From the NCBI GenBank assembly GCA_038206725.1, contig JBBRAO010000014.1:192-64191 (forward strand): a stretch of DNA of 64,000 bases, written 5' to 3'. The notes beneath the pieces are model-generated. The model made no database searches and was not told the DNA's origin. It saw nothing but the letters and a program-made list of their open reading frames with translations. Shown one piece after another: positions 59,055 through 64,000 of this stretch; positions within the stretch are counted from its first letter, which is position 1; each line of letters opens with the position of its first letter. The stretch comes from Candidatus Kapaibacterium sp. GTDB lineage: Bacteria > Bacteroidota > Ignavibacteria > Kapaibacteriales > UBA2268. Both the position numbers and the translations under genes were made by a program.

Positions 59055-60302
59055 ATGATTAAAGCAGTTAAAGGAACTAAGGATTTACTTCCGGAGGATT
59101 TATTCCGTTGGCATTTTGCTGAAGAAAAATTCCGAGAAGTAACTAGAAGCTATGGCTATAATGAATTGAGAACACCTATTTTCGAAAATACCGGTGTGTT
59201 TTCGCGTAGTATCGGTGAAGAATCGGACATTGTAAATAAAGAAATGTACACTTTTAAAGATAAAGGAGATGAAAGCATTACTCTGCGTCCTGAAATGACA
59301 GCCGCATTGGTCCGTGCTTGTGTTGAACATAATCTTACACGTGAGCATTCATTATTGAGATTGTGGTATTTCGGACCTTTTTTCCGTTACGAAAGACCGC
59401 AAAAAGGAAGACAACGCCAGTTCCATCAATTCGGTGTAGAATGTTTGGGTTCGCCTTTAGCGTCAGCTGATGCAGAAGTTATTATGTTAGCCGATAGGTT
59501 AATCAAATCCTTGGGTGTTACTCAGTATAAACTGTTGTTGAATACTTTGGGTACTGACGAAACCAGAGATGCCTATAGAAAAGCTTTAATAGAATACCTC
59601 GAATCGGTAAAAGATCATTTGAGCGAAGACAGCAAACGCCGAATGCTCACAAATCCATTGCGTGTTTTGGATTCGAAAGAGAAAAATGATATTGAAGCCG
59701 TTGCTAAAGCACCAATAATTTTAGATTTTCTTGACGATGCAAGCAAGGCGCATTTTGAAAATGTCAAGGCGATTTTGGACAAGTTTGGAATAAATTACGA
59801 AGTCAATCCATTTATTGTACGCGGCTTGGATTATTACAACCACACAATATTTGAATTCCGCTCCGATTCTCTTGGCTCGCAGGATTCTTTTGGAGGTGGC
59901 GGACGCTATGATAAGTTATTTGAACAACTGGGTGGGGCATCTACACCAGCTGTAGGTTTTGCTATGGGTGTGGAACGTTTACTCATTATGCTTGAATCCA
60001 TTAATCAGTTCGAATTGAAAAGCTACGATACAGATATTTACGTCATTACTTACGACGATTCGCAATATTCCTATGGCTTAGAAGTGGCTGAATTGTTACG
60101 AGATAAGGGTTGTAGCGTATTAAACGATGTTAAGCAAAGGAAATTCAAAACTCAGTTCAAAGAAGCCGATAAGTATAAATCACGCTATGCTTTGATTATT
60201 GGCGAGGATGAAATGTTAAATAACCAAGTAACCATTAAAAATATGGCTACAGGTGAACAAAATAAAATTAGTTTGAATGAATTAACAAACTATAAATTCT
60301 AA
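59055..60302 (+). CDS. hisS: Histidine--tRNA ligase
   Basis: KGTKDLLP, LRPEMTA, FRYERPQKGRQRQFHQ and GGGRYD class II HisRS motifs. Confidence 0.95.
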   Translation: MIKAVKGTKDLLPEDLFRWHFAEEKFREVTRSYGYNELRTPIFENTGVFSRSIGEESDIVNKEMYTFKDKGDESITLRPEMTAALVRACVEHNLTREHSLLRLWYFGPFFRYERPQKGRQRQFHQFGVECLGSPLASADAEVIMLADRLIKSLGVTQYKLLLNTLGTDETRDAYRKALIEYLESVKDHLSEDSKRRMLTNPLRVLDSKEKNDIEAVAKAPIILDFLDDASKAHFENVKAILDKFGINYEVNPFIVRGLDYYNHTIFEFRSDSLGSQDSFGGGGRYDKLFEQLGGASTPAVGFAMGVERLLIMLESINQFELKSYDTDIYVITYDDSQYSYGLEVAELLRDKGCSVLNDVKQRKFKTQFKEADKYKSRYALIIGEDEMLNNQVTIKNMATGEQNKISLNELTNYKF

Positions 60303-60328
60303 TAACTTTCACTTTTTGAGATGGTATA

Positions 60329-61570
60329 ATGAAGAAGAATGTGACAAAAGCTGTATTATTTATCATTGCGTTTGCATTAATAGTCGGATCATTGCTTACT
60401 ACATATAATCTTTCAAATACTATACAGCAAAGAGAAAAAAACGTATTAGAATTATACGCTAATATTTACGAGTATTATTTCAAAAATATATTCAATGATT
60501 TAGGTTCCGAAGGATCCCAAAATTCCGACATTCTGCTCCTCTTAATTGACGATATTACGCCGAAGATTGATAATCCTTTCATATTTACCGATGAAAACGA
60601 TTTACCATTAGAACCCTATGATATATGGTCTGTAAATGTTGGTTTGGAAAAGATCAAAAAACAGGACCAAAAGAAGTATATGCTGGATTATGTAGCCAAA
60701 ATGAAGCGTACTTATGAACCATTCTTGGTTAAAGACGGCGCATCGGATTCCGCAAAAGTCATCCAAAAACTTTATTACTATCATTCCTCGCTTGTCGATA
60801 GGCTTCGCTGGTTCCCATTGGGCGCTTTGGTGATAATCTTGGGTATAATCTGGATTGGATATTTCGCGTTTAGTTACTTCAGAAAGAACGAAGAAAGCCG
60901 AGTTTGGGTGGGAATGGCAAAGGAAGCCGCTCATCAATTGGGAACACCGCTTTCGAGTATGATGGCTTGGGTTGAAATATTGAAGTATGGCAAAGACGAC
61001 CCCGAGCAAATTGAAATGACGGCTATTGAAATGACAAAGGATATTGATAGGTTAAACACGATAGCTAAACGATTTTCAAAAATAGGTTCAATGCCGGAGA
61101 AGGAAATTGTAAATTTAACCGAAGTTTTGGAAAATATCTGCCGTTATTTTGAAATGCGATTACCGCATTTGGGTAGAAAAATCGAAATCATTCGTGACTT
61201 AAATAAGGTTGTTGAAATACCAATTAATACCGAACTATTTGCTTGGGTTATAGAAAACTTGCTCAAAAATGCCGCTGAAGCAATCGAAGATGTCAACGGT
61301 ACTGTTACTATAGAAATGGATTCCGCCACTAAGAACAAAGTAATTATCCATATTAAAGATAGTGGTAAAGGAATGAGCAAATCTAATAAGGCGAAGGCCT
61401 TTAACGCGGGATTTACCACTAAGAAAAGAGGTTGGGGCTTAGGACTGACTCTTACGAAAAGGATAATTGAAGAATACCACGACGGTAAAATATATATTAA
61501 AGAAACTGCGATAGGTAAGGGTACCACATTTGTGATTGAGTTGCCAAATTCTGATAGGAAAATTAAATAA
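60329..61570 (+). CDS. Sensor histidine kinase
   Basis: Two TM segments, H-box EAAHQLGTPLSS, N box NLLKNAAEA, and G boxes DSGKGM / GWGLGL. Confidence 0.85.
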   Translation: MKKNVTKAVLFIIAFALIVGSLLTTYNLSNTIQQREKNVLELYANIYEYYFKNIFNDLGSEGSQNSDILLLLIDDITPKIDNPFIFTDENDLPLEPYDIWSVNVGLEKIKKQDQKKYMLDYVAKMKRTYEPFLVKDGASDSAKVIQKLYYYHSSLVDRLRWFPLGALVIILGIIWIGYFAFSYFRKNEESRVWVGMAKEAAHQLGTPLSSMMAWVEILKYGKDDPEQIEMTAIEMTKDIDRLNTIAKRFSKIGSMPEKEIVNLTEVLENICRYFEMRLPHLGRKIEIIRDLNKVVEIPINTELFAWVIENLLKNAAEAIEDVNGTVTIEMDSATKNKVIIHIKDSGKGMSKSNKAKAFNAGFTTKKRGWGLGLTLTKRIIEEYHDGKIYIKETAIGKGTTFVIELPNSDRKIK

Positions 61571-61571
61571 G

Positions 61572-62309
61572 ATGAGTTATATTTTTAATGAGATGGAAAG
61601 AGCCGAGCAAAAAAGTATTCTGGAAACAATACTTTTTGTTTCGGACGAAACAGTTAATTGCAAATTCATAAACACCATTTTCAACAGCTTGACAGGCGTT
61701 GAAGATGAAAATAGCGCTAATAGTATATCGGCAGTTTACTTAAGCGATTTGGTGGACGAAATAAACCAGGAACTTTTCCAATCGAATAGACCCTATAAAG
61801 TAGTGAATTTCGCAGGTGGGTATCAGTTTGCCACTCGAGCAGAATGGGGAGAGCTAGTTTCAAAATTAATTCAATCCAAATCGAAACGAAGGCTGTCGCA
61901 AGCGGCGTTAGAAACTTTGGCGATAATTGCGTATAAACAACCTATTTCCAAACCGATAATAGACCAAATTCGTGGTGTAAGCACAAATGAAGTGGTTAAT
62001 TCGCTAATAGAAAAAGGTTTTGTGAAATTTATGGGTAGGAGTGAGGCAATCGGCAAACCTATGCTTTACGGAACCACAGACGAGTTCTTGAAACATTTTG
62101 GTTTGGTTTCGATTGATGAATTGCCTGCATTAAAAGAATTGGATGATATTGCTCAAGAACAGGAAGAAATATATCCTGAATCCGAAATTATAATTGACGT
62201 TAGCGACGAAACAAAATTCCAAAGTATCCAACAATCCGGTATAGCCCATATAGAGGAATATAACGAAAACGAAGAATTAGAAGATGTGCTAATAGAAAGA
62301 AGGGATTAG
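61572..62309 (+). CDS. scpB: Segregation and condensation protein B
   Basis: ILETILFVSDE, GYQFATR, LSQAALETLAIIAYKQPISKPIIDQIRGV and GRSEAIGKPMLYGTTDEFLKHFGL. I use the Met at 61572, immediately after the kinase stop. Confidence 0.85.
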   Translation: MSYIFNEMERAEQKSILETILFVSDETVNCKFINTIFNSLTGVEDENSANSISAVYLSDLVDEINQELFQSNRPYKVVNFAGGYQFATRAEWGELVSKLIQSKSKRRLSQAALETLAIIAYKQPISKPIIDQIRGVSTNEVVNSLIEKGFVKFMGRSEAIGKPMLYGTTDEFLKHFGLVSIDELPALKELDDIAQEQEEIYPESEIIIDVSDETKFQSIQQSGIAHIEEYNENEELEDVLIERRD

Positions 62310-62434
62310 GAAATAGACGAATCGTTATTTTTGAATTGATAGGAATCCTACGTCAAGTAATTGAAAGTTAAAAATGCGAAGCCGTTTGTTAGATTAGATC
62401 TAGAATAATTCCCCGGTTCTTTTCTTTAAGAATT

Positions 62435-64000
62435 TTATAGCTTAATGAACTTTATAAACTCATTACCTGCTTTAACAAAATACATTCCTTTCGGCAAAGT
62501 GGAAATGTTGATTCGCAGAACAGACGAGGGCGTCTTTTCTACGGACATTATTTTTTCGCCGAGAGTGTTGTAGATGCAGATATTTGAACCTTCATCAACC
62601 CCACGCTTAAGCATGGGGTTGATGATTCCAAACTTAATTGCTATGAAATCATTTGCAGGATTAGGTATTATTCTCAAAACCTCCGATACATCAATCAATC
62701 CTGTTGGGCTTGTTCTAAATGTCCATACCTCGCTCCAATAGTCCGAACCAATGCAATCCTTGTTCCAAACACGCACACGCCAAAAATACATCACGTCGTA
62801 TTCTAAATCCGGAACATAATGAATCGTTTCGGTTAATGAATCCATAGAATAGACCAAGTCAGTAAAATCTCCATTTTTAGAAATTTGCAATTGATAGTAT
62901 TCAGCACCTATCACATTAGACCATCTAAAACTGATTTCCTTCTCCAAATTCGGTTGTGTATTCTCGGGATATATCAAAAGCAAATCAGACATTCTGGTAT
63001 TAAATTGCCAAATGTCGGACCAATAACCCAAAGTATCGCCCGATTCATTTCTAACCCGCCAAAAATACTCTAGGTAATATTTTAGATTTTCTACATTATA
63101 ACTGACATTCTTAACAATAACGCTATCAACTAATTTACTTTTAAATTTATCGTTCTCTGAGATTTGCAGTCTATAATTTCTGTCATAAATAGTTTTTTCC
63201 CAATTTACAACGAGTTTGTTATCTATATACTTAGATAAATAAAGTGGAAATATCAGATTAACAGCATCCATAAGTGTTGTAAAATGCCAAATAGGGGACC
63301 ATATATTTTGGTTCGCTTGGTAACCCGGCTTCACGCGCCAATAATATAATTGTAAAAAGTCCAATTGTGGACAGTCAAACACTGTATCTGTAATAGCCGT
63401 ATCTAAAACCATATTCGTAAAATCTTCGTTTTTTGAAACTTGTAAAATATAGGTAGTTTGCCCGACGTTCAGGTTCCAGCATAAACGTGTATCAATAGGT
63501 ACATTTATCGCTTCATTCGCAGGGGAGACCAATGCCTGCGGAATGAGCTCAAAACCAATTCCATAGAGCTGAACAACTGCCGGACTTCCCAAACCGTTGT
63601 AATGGAATTCAAGCGTTCCAACTGTTCGTCCGGCCGCGCTTGGACAAAAACTTAGATCCATCTTTTTGGTTGCGTGGGGCTCTAAATCAAACGAGCCGCC
63701 GTTACCTTTAGTAAAATCTTTGTCATTGGGCTTGTTATGCTTGGTTTCGACAATATGAATCTTCGAATCGCTCATATTTTTTATCGTGATTACTTGATTA
63801 GTATCTTTAGAATAGCCTACCCCAACTTTTCCAAAATTTATAACTTTATTTTGTACTGAAATTAGGGATTTTATACCTTCACCGGTAATCCTTCGAATAA
63901 TTGTATCGGATTGTGTAATTATCACCAATTCAGCATCATATTTTCCAAGATGTAATGGTATAAACCTAAGTTCAGCAAAATGAGTATCACTTGCCGCTAT
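62435..64000 (-). CDS. Secreted multi-domain protein with T9SS CTD (5' end runs off the window)
   Basis: The reading frame stays open to position 64000. ASH-like Ig domain, four repeats of about 90 aa (YYWRVKPG / YFWRVRN / YFWRVRVWN). C-terminus IIPNPANDFIAIKF...IYNTLGEKIMS...GMYFVKA. Confidence 0.8.
   Translation of the reverse strand: MAASDTHFAELRFIPLHLGKYDAELVIITQSDTIIRRITGEGIKSLISVQNKVINFGKVGVGYSKDTNQVITIKNMSDSKIHIVETKHNKPNDKDFTKGNGGSFDLEPHATKKMDLSFCPSAAGRTVGTLEFHYNGLGSPAVVQLYGIGFELIPQALVSPANEAINVPIDTRLCWNLNVGQTTYILQVSKNEDFTNMVLDTAITDTVFDCPQLDFLQLYYWRVKPGYQANQNIWSPIWHFTTLMDAVNLIFPLYLSKYIDNKLVVNWEKTIYDRNYRLQISENDKFKSKLVDSVIVKNVSYNVENLKYYLEYFWRVRNESGDTLGYWSDIWQFNTRMSDLLLIYPENTQPNLEKEISFRWSNVIGAEYYQLQISKNGDFTDLVYSMDSLTETIHYVPDLEYDVMYFWRVRVWNKDCIGSDYWSEVWTFRTSPTGLIDVSEVLRIIPNPANDFIAIKFGIINPMLKRGVDEGSNICIYNTLGEKIMSVEKTPSSVLRINISTLPKGMYFVKAGNEFIKFIKL

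Overview
This is a 64-kb window from a low-GC bacterium. It most likely belongs to the FCB group (Bacteroidota/Ignavibacteriota-like). The evidence is four large secreted proteins with type IX secretion (T9SS) C-terminal sorting domains, TAnnTTTG-type -7 promoter motifs, and BamD, PpiD and TolC/RND envelope genes.

Most of the window is core housekeeping:
- Replication, translation and cell wall: holA, gyrA, scpB, hisS, rpmB, prmC, murC and RNase P RNA (rnpB).
- Metabolism and redox: purS-purQ, a FolD-like gene, hpnC-hpnD, trxA, cydA and nuoF.
- Envelope and export: tatA plus a second sub-threshold Tat gene, cdsA, bamD, a ppiD-like gene and a MarR-TolC-MFP-RND efflux operon.

The clear accessory region lies at about 14.8-21.3 kb. 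It is a visibly AT-richer, tightly coupled minus-strand operon encoding, in order:
- a B12-domain-like radical SAM protein
- a ParB/Srx-like protein
- a small PD-(D/E)xK nuclease
- an SNF2 helicase
- a second ParB/Srx-like protein
- an orphan 227-aa protein

I cannot match this gene combination to any named defence or modification system from memory. I flag it as the best candidate for an undescribed DNA-modification/restriction-type system. Its first two genes are disrupted: a 20-bp tandem duplication, a T7-run indel and an A3-run indel. About 630 bp of repeat-rich non-coding DNA lies upstream of it.

Other notable items:
- a RAYT-type (REP-associated tyrosine transposase) HUH transposase that carries its own REP hairpin in-frame inside the coding sequence
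- a second hairpin family (ACTCATCCGATGAC)
- orphan cydA and orphan nuoF genes
- a K+ channel with a GYR filter
- several homopolymer frameshifts, which may be assembly errors

I recognised no CRISPR array, tRNA or rRNA.
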